Assembly: GCA_034408725.1 (NCBI GenBank)
Contig: JAWXCN010000053.1
Span: 1 to 53,154, forward strand
DNA: 53,154 nt
Reading direction: 5' to 3'
Origin: Candidatus Hydrogenedentota bacterium
GTDB taxonomy: Bacteria > Hydrogenedentota > Hydrogenedentia > Hydrogenedentales > SLHB01
Part shown: piece after piece, positions 18,641 to 27,998 of the stretch
Layout: each line of letters opens with the position of its first letter
How positions within the stretch are numbered: the stretch's first letter is position 1
Notes under the pieces: generated by a model
Database searches by the model: none
The model's input: the letters and a program-made list of their open reading frames with translations, nothing else
What the model was told of the DNA's origin: nothing
Made by a program: the position numbers and the translations under genes

Positions 18641-18842
18641 TTATTTTGGATTTTAGATTTTGGATTTTGAATTGAAGAAGACACATTCGCGTCTGATCGC
18701 AGGGTGATCGCGTTTACATCTAAATTCCGCGCGGAGCGCCTTGGAGTGCGGCAGCGGGTAGCTGCCGCTTTCATATACCCCGCTTGTCTATACAGCAGAC
18801 TATCGGCGGACTCTTCAATCCAAAATCCATAATCCAAAATAA
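18641..18842. repeat. ~200-bp element bounded by inverted heptamer (TTTTGGA-like) arrays with an internal REP-like hairpin
   Basis: Left arm TTATTTTGGATTTTAGATTTTGGATTTTGAATTGAAGA, right arm TCTTCAATCCAAAATCCATAATCCAAAATAA, internal GCGGCAGC-GGGTA-GCTGCCGC. Confidence 0.7.
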
Positions 18843-18878
18843 AAAAGCGCCGGGCGCGACACACGCACCCGGCGCTTT
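18841..18878 (-). terminator. Intrinsic terminator of rplJL
   Basis: AAAGCGCCGGG/CCCGGCGCTTT stem with a T6 tract on the minus strand. Confidence 0.8.
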
Positions 18879-18904
18879 CATAACACAAAAAATCGCGAAT
18901 TCGC

Positions 18905-19291
18905 TTACTTGCCCTTGATCTCGACCTTGGCGCCGGCGGCCTCGACCTTCGCTTTGATGTCCTTCGCTTCGTCCTCGGGAATGCCTTCCTTGATGGCCTT
19001 CGGCGCGCCATCAACCAGGTCCTTCGCTTCCTTCAGGCCGAGGCCCGTCACCGCGCGGACTTCTTTGATGACGTTGATTTTGTTCGCGCCAATTTCCGCG
19101 AGGATCACGTCAAACGACGTCGGGCCCTCATCCGCCGCAGCATCGCCACCGCCCATCGGCATCATGCCACCCATCATCACGGGCGCCGCAGCCGACACGC
19201 CAAACTTCTCTTCCAGCGCCTTCACCAGCTCGCTGCACTCGAGCACCGATAAATCGGCGACTTTATCGACAATTTCCTGAATCTTCGACAT
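18905..19291 (-). CDS. rplL: 50S ribosomal protein L7/L12
   Basis: [36 protein letters not shown]. Confidence 0.98.
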   Translation of the reverse strand: MSKIQEIVDKVADLSVLECSELVKALEEKFGVSAAAPVMMGGMMPMGGGDAAADEGPTSFDVILAEIGANKINVIKEVRAVTGLGLKEAKDLVDGAPKAIKEGIPEDEAKDIKAKVEAAGAKVEIKGK

Positions 19292-19321
19292 GAAACCAAA
19301 TCTCCTGTATGCGCGGCCCGA

Positions 19322-19849
19322 TTAGGCCGCCGCAGTTTCTTCTTTTTGTTTCCGGATCTGATCAAGCACGTTGACCAGACCATTCGGCACCGCGTTGATC
19401 GCCCTGACCGCGTTGCGAATCGGCGCCGCGATTGTACACACGATCTGCGTCAACAACACCTCGTGGGACGGCAGGTTCGCCAACACGTCAAGCTGCGATT
19501 TCGTGATTACCTTGCCATCAAGGATGCCGCCCAGCATTTCCACTGCCGGCACTTCTTTGTTGAAGTCCTTGAAAATCTTCGAGGGCGCGACCGGATCATT
19601 CGCAAATGCCCACGCCGTCGGACCATCCATGAACTTTGCGGCGTCGCCCAGCTCGAGTTCGTCCAGCGCGCGCTGCGCCAGCGTGTTCTTAAACACCTTG
19701 TACTCGACCTGCTTCGAGCGAAGCTGTCCGCGCAACCGCGATACCTGGTCCGCATTGATCCCGATGTACTTCGTCAGGACCGCCAACTGGTGCCCCTCGA
19801 GGTTCTTCTTGATCTCCGCGACCGAATCAATTTTTTGTTGCGTTGCCAA
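19322..19849 (-). CDS. rplJ: 50S ribosomal protein L10
   Basis: KVFKNTL, GPTA, LGGILDG...LANLPS. TTG start after an AGGAGAGGAG RBS; directly upstream of rplL. Confidence 0.96.
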   Translation of the reverse strand: MATQQKIDSVAEIKKNLEGHQLAVLTKYIGINADQVSRLRGQLRSKQVEYKVFKNTLAQRALDELELGDAAKFMDGPTAWAFANDPVAPSKIFKDFNKEVPAVEMLGGILDGKVITKSQLDVLANLPSHEVLLTQIVCTIAAPIRNAVRAINAVPNGLVNVLDQIRKQKEETAAA

Positions 19850-19879
19850 TGTACACTCACCTCCTCTCCTGGCTGTAAA

Positions 19880-20003
19880 TGAAAACGTCCCGCACGGCCA
19901 AAGTGACCCTGCGGGACGGCAAATATCTCACATTGATAAATAGCTCGTACCACGGTCTCGGCAGGCGAATTTTAAGGCCCGAAGGCCGCCGGCTGTCTCT
20001 GAC
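19880..20003 (-). promoter_or_regulatory. Ribosomal protein L10 leader plus downstream attenuator-like hairpin
   Basis: Minus strand GTCAGAGACAGCCGGCGGCCTTCGGGCCTTAAAATTCGCCTGCCGAGAC matches the AGAC..GG..UUAA..CC.GCCGAG pattern. It is followed by a CGTCCCGCA/TGCGGGACG stem and TTTT. Confidence 0.8.
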
Positions 20004-20117
20004 CCGCGCGCAACACGTTTCCGTGTTCGTTGGCGCAAATCCTACCAAAAGGCCCATTCCCGAAGCAAATTCGCCAGCGCCTATGGCGTTGCTAATCTGC
20101 CCCACAACAGAATCCCC

Positions 20118-20139
20118 TCTTCAATCTAAAATCCAAAAT
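20118..20139 (+). repeat. Solo copy of the heptamer-array arm
   Basis: TCTTCAATCTAAAATCCAAAAT is near-identical to the arm at 18812-18842. Confidence 0.65.
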
Positions 20140-20142
20140 TGT

Positions 20143-20172
20143 TTGACCCCATTACTCCCCATACGTTATGAT
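20143..20172 (+). promoter_or_regulatory. Sigma70 promoter of tRNA-Ala
   Basis: TTGACC-N18-TATGAT ending 14 nt upstream of the tRNA. Confidence 0.55.
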
Positions 20173-20186
20173 CCCCCCTATCAAAT

Positions 20187-20262
20187 GGGGGTGTAGCTCA
20201 GTTGGGAGAGCGCTTGTCTGGCAGACAAGAGGTCAGGGGTTCGATTCCCCTCACCTCCACCA
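20187..20262 (+). tRNA. tRNA-Ala(GGC)
   Basis: Full cloverleaf with G3:U70 pair, anticodon arm CTTGT-CTGGCAG-ACAAG, T-loop TTCGATT and encoded CCA. Confidence 0.97.
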
Positions 20263-20517
20263 TTTATATCTTTGGCTGAATCCCCCCCTTCCCGCTCGAC
20301 GGCCGCGAACACTCGCATGAGTACAATGTACCCTGTTGGGAGGGCTCGTCTGATGGCACTCCCGACTTTCACGTAGCATTAAAACCCAGAACGACTGATC
20401 TCGCGAGCTGATCGCTTAGCCTAACTGGAATGTTTGGAAAACCGGCTGTGTGCGCTTGACGATTAAAACCGAAAGCCGCGACGCAGGCGATTTGCCGCAA
20501 TCGCCAATCATCATTGC

Positions 20518-20546
20518 TTGACACGATGAGCTAACTGTCCTAATAT
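20518..20546 (+). promoter_or_regulatory. Sigma70 promoter upstream of the kinase gene
   Basis: TTGACA-N17-TAATAT. Confidence 0.6.
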
Positions 20547-20679
20547 GTGCAGAATACTGGAGTTGTGACCTTGATTCAGGTCCAATTGTATGGACTAGAG
20601 AGTTACGGATTCGAGAATCAGGTTGAGCATCGCTCGCAATGCATGTTGTCCGCCTCGGCTAAAAGGCAGTTAGACCATT

Positions 20680-23600
20680 TTGGCATCACAAATGGATCGC
20701 GACCGTAATCTTCTATTCGGTGTATTTGCCGTCCAATTGCGCCGAGTGTCTACGTCGGATCTAATGGCGGCAGCTGGCGCGTGGGCTACGGATCCGACGG
20801 TTGGTCTGTCGGAGCGATTATTGCGAGCAGGGGTTATCACCGAAGCTGATCATAAGTTCTTGGCCCGGCTGGTGGACGAAGCGATTAAAGCTCATGATGG
20901 TGATGCCGCGGCAACTTTCGCAACTGTTGGAGGGGAGGAGCAGATTTACGCGTCCTTTGGTGGGTTGATCGAGCTCACAGACACGGGTGTGGTGACGAAA
21001 GTACAGACCACTGACGCGTTTGAGATAGCGCCACAGTATTTGGATGCGGGGCAGGTGCCCGGAGTGCAAGAAACCCCGGGCCGGTACACGCATGGGAGCG
21101 AATACGGCCGCGGCGGCATGGGGCGGGTGCTGCTTGTGCATGATGCATTCCTTGGACGAGATGTCGCCCTCAAGGAGTTACTGCCCGGACCGACGCCGAA
21201 AGATCCGAATAGTCCATCGACTCCTTTCCGCAAGTACATGGGATTTCTCGAGCGTTTCCTGCAGGAGGCGCGCATCACGGGCCAGCTTGAACATCCCTCG
21301 ATCGTACCTGTGTACGAACTCGGCCACCGCAAGGATGGCACGCTGTACTATACGATGAAGCTGGTGCGCGGGAAGACGCTGCGCCAGGCGATCCATGAAT
21401 GTAAGTCCCTGCGCGAACGGCTCGAACTCCTCTCCCCCTTTGTTAATCTTTGCCAAGCTATCGCCTATGCACACAGTCGGCGCATCCTTCATCGCGATTT
21501 GAAGCCAGATAACGTGATGGTGGGTGAGTTCGGAGAAACGGTTGTGCTTGACTGGGGTTTGGCGAAAGCGAAGGACGGAGAGGATGTGCACGCGGACGGG
21601 TTAGCCGAAACTATCCGGCTGTTGAATCTCGGTGCTGTAGACACCGCCGCAAGAACGCAGTACGGCCAAGTGATGGGTACACCCGCCTACATGCCGCCAG
21701 AACAAGCCAAGGGACAACTGGAGCAGGTCGACGAGCGTAGCGACATCTATAGCCTGGGCGCGGTGTTATACGAAATCCTTTCCGGACAAGCGCCGTTTAC
21801 AGGAACGCATGTGCAGGAGATACTGCGAAAAGTCATTCAGGAGGACCCTCGTCCTGTTCGGGATCATGATCCCGAAATACCCGCGGAGCTCGCCGCTATC
21901 TGCGCGCGCTCGATGTTGAAGGCGCCGGGGCAGCGCTATGCCTCCCCGCGCGAGCTTGCGGAAGAGGTGCAGCGCTTTCAGTCCGGCGCTTTAGTTCGGT
22001 CATATCGGTACCGCTTCAGGGACTATTTGGGTTTCTATTGGCGCAGGTACAAACCGTTGGTTGCCACGGGAGCCGCGGCATTTGTCGCGATCAATATTAT
22101 AGGCGCGTTGTACGTCCACAACCTTTACGTCAGCGTACGCACGGAACGAGAACTGCGCTCCCAGGCTGAAGCCGCCCAGAGGAACGAAGCAGCAGCGCGA
22201 GATACGGCGGAGCGTGAAGGGTATTACAGCGACATTCTCCTGGCAAACGAGCTTCTCAAGAGTTCCAACTATATCGGCGCACAAGCAGCGTTGTGGAAGA
22301 CCCCGGAGTATCTACGGGGGTGGGAATGGGGATATTTGCTGCGGGAATGCAACGCGGATTTTGCCACACTGCAAGGACCGAAAGGCGGTGTGTTAACAAC
22401 AAGTTTCAACCCGGATGGAACACGGATTTGCCTGGGATTGGTCCGGGGCGGCGCCGTTATTCTAGATTCGAGGACAGGCGAAACTATTCTTCACGTGAAA
22501 AGCGATTGGACGGAAACGACCTCCGCCTGCTTCAGCCCGGATGGATCTTTGCTGCTCGTTACGGGAGAAGACCACGGGCCTTTCCTGGTCGACCCGAACA
22601 CCGGCGCAGTCGTGCGGGCTTTGACTTCCATACGAAATTCTGGCGCTATCAACGGGGTGTTTACCCCTGATGGCACACGAATCATACAGCGATCGAATCG
22701 TAATCAAGGCGAGGTGCTCGTCACGGATTCGCAGTCGGGAGCGCAACTCTCGGAATTTGATTTTACGGGGGAAATTCTGAATTCCGTTGGGGTAAGTCTG
22801 ACAACGAATGAATTTGTTGCGTCGTCAGACACTGGACTCGCAATAGTCGCAGACATCGATACGGGAAACATCCTGTTAAAATTGTCCCACGACAACGAGC
22901 CGGTGAAGGACGCGAAATTCAGCCCAAACGGGGAGCGCATTGCCACCGCTACGTCGGCTGGAACTGTGCGAATCTGGGAACGTGCCACGGGCGCGCGTCT
23001 TCAAGTCATGAAGTTACATGAATCTTCGATATATAGCGTGGCATTCGATCCATCGGGTGAGTTGATAGTGACGGCCGCGGGCGATCGCACGGCAGCCATC
23101 GCGCACGCCGCTTCAGGAGAGCGGCTGGCGACGTTACGGGGACACTCAAACGCAATACTCAACGCCCAGTTTGCCACCTTGGGCAAACAGATCGTAACCG
23201 CTTCTTTGGATGGCAGCGTGCGAATTTGGGGTCTCGAGCGAGCGCTCGAAAAAAACGAGCTGTCGTCTATTGGAGCGAAACTGCATAGCGCTACCCTTGC
23301 ACCCGGTTCGAGGCTCGTCCTCGTTGTGAACGGCGGTAACGAACATTTTTTCCCGTTCATACAAATCTTTGATGCGGTGACATCCCGGGAAATAGCAACA
23401 TTCGGTGGGTTTGCGGAAGAAATCACGATGGCAAATTTCAACGCCGATGGCACGCGAATCGTAGCGGCCACGGCCAACAAAGCTTCTTATATTCTGGACT
23501 CGAACAATGGCCAGGTCTTGACAGAATTGCTTGGGCACCGCGACGTTGTGCGAGACGCGGAGTTCTCAAAAGACGGGCAGTTTGTTGTCTCCGCGTCCGC

Positions 23601-25005
23601 CGATAAAACCGCCGCGGTCTGGAACGTTGAATCGGGGGAGATGATTCAGAAATTGAAGGGCCATGAGGCACTGGTTCGCCATGCCAGATTTAATTCCGGT
23701 GGCGATAAGGTACTCACAACTTCAGACGATGGCACCGCCCGGATCTGGGACGTGGAGACCGGGGAACAACTGGCGTTCACGAGACCCACAAAGAGCGGCG
23801 GCGTCCTCGCCGCTGTTTTTGATACTTCAGAACAAACGTGCTGACTTGCTGGCGAGGATTCGCGAATATTCCGTTGGAACTGGAAAGAAGACAAAATTAT
23901 ACAAGAGATAACCGCGCATTCGGGTTCCGTCGTGCATGTATCCATGAGTCCAGATGGAACCCGACTCGCCAGTTCTGGCGTCGATGCGTCCGTTCGCCTT
24001 TTTGAAGTGGCCACTGGTCGAGAACTCATCAGCTTCAATGAAACGGTTGGAAGTATTTCGTCCGTAAATTGGTCGAGTAATGGAATGTCCGTGCTCTCGA
24101 CGACCACTGGCAGCCGCGCCGTTCTGCGCGTAGCAGACCCGTGGCAGCCGCAACAGTTTTCAGGCGACACAGCATCCGCGTGGCGTTCAAAATACGAAGA
24201 ATTCAAAAGGAAAAATGACGGGAGCCGGGCTCCCGCTTCTAACTTCCGCGACGGTGTTGGACATTGGGTGACAATTTCCGAATCATCGGCGCGCGTGCGG
24301 CTTTCCCGGCTCGTAACGATTCTGAAGACTGCGGGACAGGCTGACACTGACGCCTTCCACGGGATTCGTATCACTGAAGCCATACATCCCATCACGAGGC
24401 GATTCGGCTTGCTTCCGGGTGACGTGATAACTGGTATCGATGGCGTTGCGCTCGACAGCCATGCAACGACTACAAAAACTATTGAAGCAGCGCTTTCAAG
24501 ACAGCTCGATCTATTGCGAATGCGGGCGCTGCGCGACGGACAAGAACGCAACGTTCAAATTCAAATCCGCCCCGTAAAGCGTTTCACCGAGCACGGGAAA
24601 TTGCCAAAGTTCTTTGTAACTCTGGTCGTGAATGAACTGGATCAGTTGCGCGCGAAGACGGAGATGTTCGAACGAGATCAACGAAAATGCGCAGGATGGA
24701 TGAATCTTCCCGTAGACGGCCCAGGAATAGACGGCCTCTGGGTAATTCCGGTCGCGGAAGAATTGACAGACAGTACCGAAGTTAAATGGGCATCCGTCAT
24801 GAATCAGTTCTTTTCCATCGTTAATCTTTATCCGAATGACCATATCCTGTCACTGAACGGAGTCCCGTTGACTAGCATTGACGTAGTCCTGGATGGTATA
24901 GGCGCGGTGAAGCCGGCACTGCTCGCGGGAAAACCCTACACCTACGTGCTCATGGTAGAGCGAACACCGTTCGAACTTGTCGAGCTGCATGTCGCGGTTG
25001 AGTAG
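20680..25005 (+). pseudogene. Ser/Thr kinase-TM-WD40-PDZ protein interrupted by one in-frame TGA (23842-23844)
   Basis: GRGGMGRV, VALK, HRDLKPDN, DWGLAK and GTPAYMPPEQ, then many WD40 repeats. ORFs 20680..23844 and 23932..25005 share a frame, and the gap reads C*LAGEDSRIFRWNW...AHSGSV as a continuous WD40. C-terminal GLLPGDVITGIDG and LYPNDHILSLNG are PDZ-like. Confidence 0.8.
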
Positions 25006-25289
25006 ACACGCCCACTGAAGATTAAAGGGATTACGATCTCGTGAGCCTTCTAATTCGATGGTGAACGAGCGCATACGAGCGCAACACGCAATATTTCTCC
25101 GGCATCACGCCCTGCTTGCGCCGCGACATAATCAGTAGCGGTCAATTTGATTGGCGCTGGTCGTCATTCCGGGTGGGGAAAATGTTGGGTCGCAGAAAAA
25201 TCGGCGGGTGCTCCTTTTTTCCTATGTCGCAGTTGCCATCGCATGTGGCAAGCTATGCCGATATTCTTGAGGGGGAGGCGCAATCGACC

Positions 25290-26384
25290 ATGAACCAGTC
25301 CCAGGCGGAGGAGGAGTTTTCCGAGGCGAGCCGGTTGTACGTTGATGGCCGGTATGTGGACGCGTTGGCGGTGTTGTCTGCGTTGGATGGTCGGTTTCCG
25401 GGGAACCTGAATATTCTGAAGGCGAAGGCGCGGACGTTGGAAAAGCTGGGGCGTATCCGGGAGGCTTTAGCGGTATGTGACCAGCTTCTATCCGAACTTG
25501 GCTACCACAAGGCCCGCGTGATGCGCGACAGATTGGTTGCGCGGTTGGACGAAGCGGGGGATGCTGGCCCGCGCGGTTTATCGGGATCGCCGGTAGTCTA
25601 TGACGCGGGAGCGCCGGGCCGGGATGGCGTAGTCGATGTCCTCGAGGTTGCGGAGGATTCCTGGGGAACGGAGGACGATGTCGAATCTGGTCTTGGCGGG
25701 ACGATTGATGATGAGGCGGTCGAGCTTCGTGAAATGGGCGACGGTAAAAGTGAAAGCGCTGCGGAGCCGCCGTCCCGTTTTCGGATAAAGCCGGTCCGGC
25801 TTGGATTGCTGCTGCTCATTGTCGTGGGAATTTATTTCGGGTATTTGGCCTGGTGGTTCGGTGGAGGTCTCATCGCCGCGTATTTCCTGATTAAGTTCGC
25901 GGCGCGCAGGGCGGTACACAAGCTATTTTCGCTTCCCTTCAAAATGAAGGGGAAGGCGCTGGCCGGCGCGACCGCGGAATTGCATGGATTTCAATGGACC
26001 ACAAAACCGGCAACTACGGCGTACGCCCACGAAGAAGAGGAAGATGCCAAGCCGTCCGCGCCACTCCGGTATGTCTGGATCGACGTCACGATTACGCCGC
26101 CGGTCCGCACTCAGGGGTTCACACATTGGGAGCCGGGAGAATTGATGCTGGCGCCCGCGAAGTCGAAAATTCGCGGATTGGACGATATGGACAAATGCTT
26201 CGGCATTGAAGACGTCAAATTTGTGCAGGACGGCCAGGAGACTGATGACGAAGGCGCCAAGGTGCGGGGTCCGTACCGGCTCAAGATACTGGCGGGCGTG
26301 CCCGAACACGAAACCGTGTTCAAGTTCATGTATTACGGCGAATGTTTTGGCGAGTTGATACTTTCAGCGCATCAGCCGCGATAA
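25290..26384 (+). CDS. Hypothetical membrane protein with N-terminal TPR-like helices
   Basis: GGGGAGG RBS. TPR-like N-terminus, acidic linker, two TMs, beta-rich C-terminal domain. Confidence 0.7.
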   Translation: MNQSQAEEEFSEASRLYVDGRYVDALAVLSALDGRFPGNLNILKAKARTLEKLGRIREALAVCDQLLSELGYHKARVMRDRLVARLDEAGDAGPRGLSGSPVVYDAGAPGRDGVVDVLEVAEDSWGTEDDVESGLGGTIDDEAVELREMGDGKSESAAEPPSRFRIKPVRLGLLLLIVVGIYFGYLAWWFGGGLIAAYFLIKFAARRAVHKLFSLPFKMKGKALAGATAELHGFQWTTKPATTAYAHEEEEDAKPSAPLRYVWIDVTITPPVRTQGFTHWEPGELMLAPAKSKIRGLDDMDKCFGIEDVKFVQDGQETDDEGAKVRGPYRLKILAGVPEHETVFKFMYYGECFGELILSAHQPR

Positions 26385-26762
26385 TACTGTGTAATAGCGC
26401 CTGGTCGTCAGGTAATTATTCTGAATTCACATGTAATGGTCGCTCCCGTCACCAAAAACCCGCAAGTTTGAATTCTGCTAATCCTTGCATTTGTCAGAGC
26501 TTCCAGAAGTTTTTGGCCTCCCGAAAGCCACGTCGGAACCCGCCTACATGATCAGCGTATTTCCTACACGCGGAACATGGTTCTTCCGATATTAGAGACC
26601 CGCCGTGCCGTATACACTTCGACCAGCAAATGCAGAGCAAATAGCGGTTGATTTCGCGGGTGTGGGAGGTTTAGTAAGTTGCAAATGGGTTTAGAACGAT
26701 TAGGCTGGGGCGCGGGCAGGTGGCCGGCAACCGGCGCTCACCGGGCCGACTCAGGCGGGGTG

Positions 26763-27305
26763 ATGGACGCGAGCCGGGCGACCTGCGAACAAATTCTTCT
26801 CTCTCACGTCGAAACCTGTTACTCGGTCGCATTGCAGTTGACGCGAAGCCGTGTGAATGCGCGGAGACTGACGCGCGATGTCATGACATGGGCGTGGCAT
26901 CTTCACGATGACGCGATTACCCAATTGCACTTCAAATCGGCGTTGTTGACGCAACTCCGCACGGTGTATCTACGCCGATACAGTGACCATTCAAAAGATG
27001 CCGCCCGCGGTTCGCGCAAGAACCCGCCGGCGAAGGGGGGCCAAATGGAAAACGTAATGGAAGGCGTGAAGCCGCAAACCTATCAATCGTTGCGCGCGGC
27101 GAACGTACCGAAGGCTCGATATGCCGTTGAAGTGCGGGGCTCCTGCCTGCATGCGGAAGCAAATGATCTTTTTCAGGTACTGGAATTGCTCGACGGCTTG
27201 GCGGGGAAGGCGCATGTCATCGACAGGGCAACGCGCAGCCTGGTTTACGAAGGCACCGTGAGCGAAGTATTTGCGGCGATAAACGGAAACCGTGGGAGTG
27301 CGTAA
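26763..27305 (+). CDS. Hypothetical protein with a degenerate ECF sigma region-2-like N-terminus
   Basis: EQILLSHVETCYSVALQLTRSRVNARRLTRDVMTWAW...FKSALLTQLRTVYL resembles ECF sigma region 2. No region-4 HTH. Confidence 0.55.
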   Translation: MDASRATCEQILLSHVETCYSVALQLTRSRVNARRLTRDVMTWAWHLHDDAITQLHFKSALLTQLRTVYLRRYSDHSKDAARGSRKNPPAKGGQMENVMEGVKPQTYQSLRAANVPKARYAVEVRGSCLHAEANDLFQVLELLDGLAGKAHVIDRATRSLVYEGTVSEVFAAINGNRGSA

Positions 27306-27306
27306 T

Positions 27307-27681
27307 ATGACTGTCAATGGGAACAAGGCTCGTATAACACCAGCCGCCGAACGTATCCGCCACATCGAGGAATACATCGAGACCTTTCGCACCGGCCGGG
27401 CCTTGTCCGCAGTCCCACCCTTATGGAATTTGCGCGTGCTTCACGACGAATGTAAACACGCCGGGCAAGACGATATTTCGGAGATGTGCAGCCAACTCGA
27501 ATCGCATGTCATTCAACTTCAGATGAGCCACGGGTTGATGCCGGAGAGCCTCATGGTGGAGTTGATGGGTATGACCCAGTGTATTAGCCAGCGTGTGAAC
27601 CGGGCCTCTGGCCAATCCATGCGGGAAGCTGTTTCCTTGCAAAGCTGTTCGGACAAGGTGGAAGTGTTGGCCGAGACCTAG
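27307..27681 (+). CDS. Hypothetical helical protein, HPt-like
   Basis: [24 protein letters not shown] resembles the C-terminal half of HPt domains. Starts 1 nt after the previous stop. Confidence 0.5.
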   Translation: MTVNGNKARITPAAERIRHIEEYIETFRTGRALSAVPPLWNLRVLHDECKHAGQDDISEMCSQLESHVIQLQMSHGLMPESLMVELMGMTQCISQRVNRASGQSMREAVSLQSCSDKVEVLAET

Positions 27682-27718
27682 CATTGTCTCGGCCCTTAAA
27701 AGACAAAGGAGATTGATC

Positions 27719-27895
27719 ATGTTGTATTGGGCGCTCGTATTTTTCGTAGTGGCGATTCTCGCCGCCGTTTTTGGATTTGGCGGCATCGCTACCGCGGCAA
27801 CGGGAATTGCGAAGATTCTCTTTTTCATCTTCGTCGTCCTGTTTCTTGTTTCGCTCCTGTTTGGTTTGTCGCGGCGCGGCGGTCCCGTCGCATAA
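27719..27895 (+). CDS. DUF1328 (YtjA-like) small membrane protein
   Basis: [24 protein letters not shown]...AKILFFIF with an AAGGAG RBS. Confidence 0.93.
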   Translation: MLYWALVFFVVAILAAVFGFGGIATAATGIAKILFFIFVVLFLVSLLFGLSRRGGPVA

Positions 27896-27998
27896 AGACA
27901 GGCGCGTTCACGTAGTGGTGGGCAAGTACGCATGAGATTAGTGCGTAGCGGCTCGCGACACCGTGATCCCTGTCCAACGCAAATTTTAGCGGAATCCC

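Noticed and set aside
18641..18842. CRISPR-like array
   Set aside because: Heptamer tandem repeats without unique spacers, and no cas genes.
20181..20372. Small ORFs overlapping tRNA genes (also 46256..46576)
   Set aside because: These are antisense translations of tRNA sequence ([20 protein letters not shown]).
20440..20500. c-di-GMP-I riboswitch-like words (GAAA...GACGC)
   Set aside because: The flanking stems and second hairpin of the motif cannot be formed.
23842..23844. Genome-wide TGA reassignment (code 4 or 25)
   Set aside because: Many genes here end at TGA at the expected family length, including in ATGA/GTGA overlaps.
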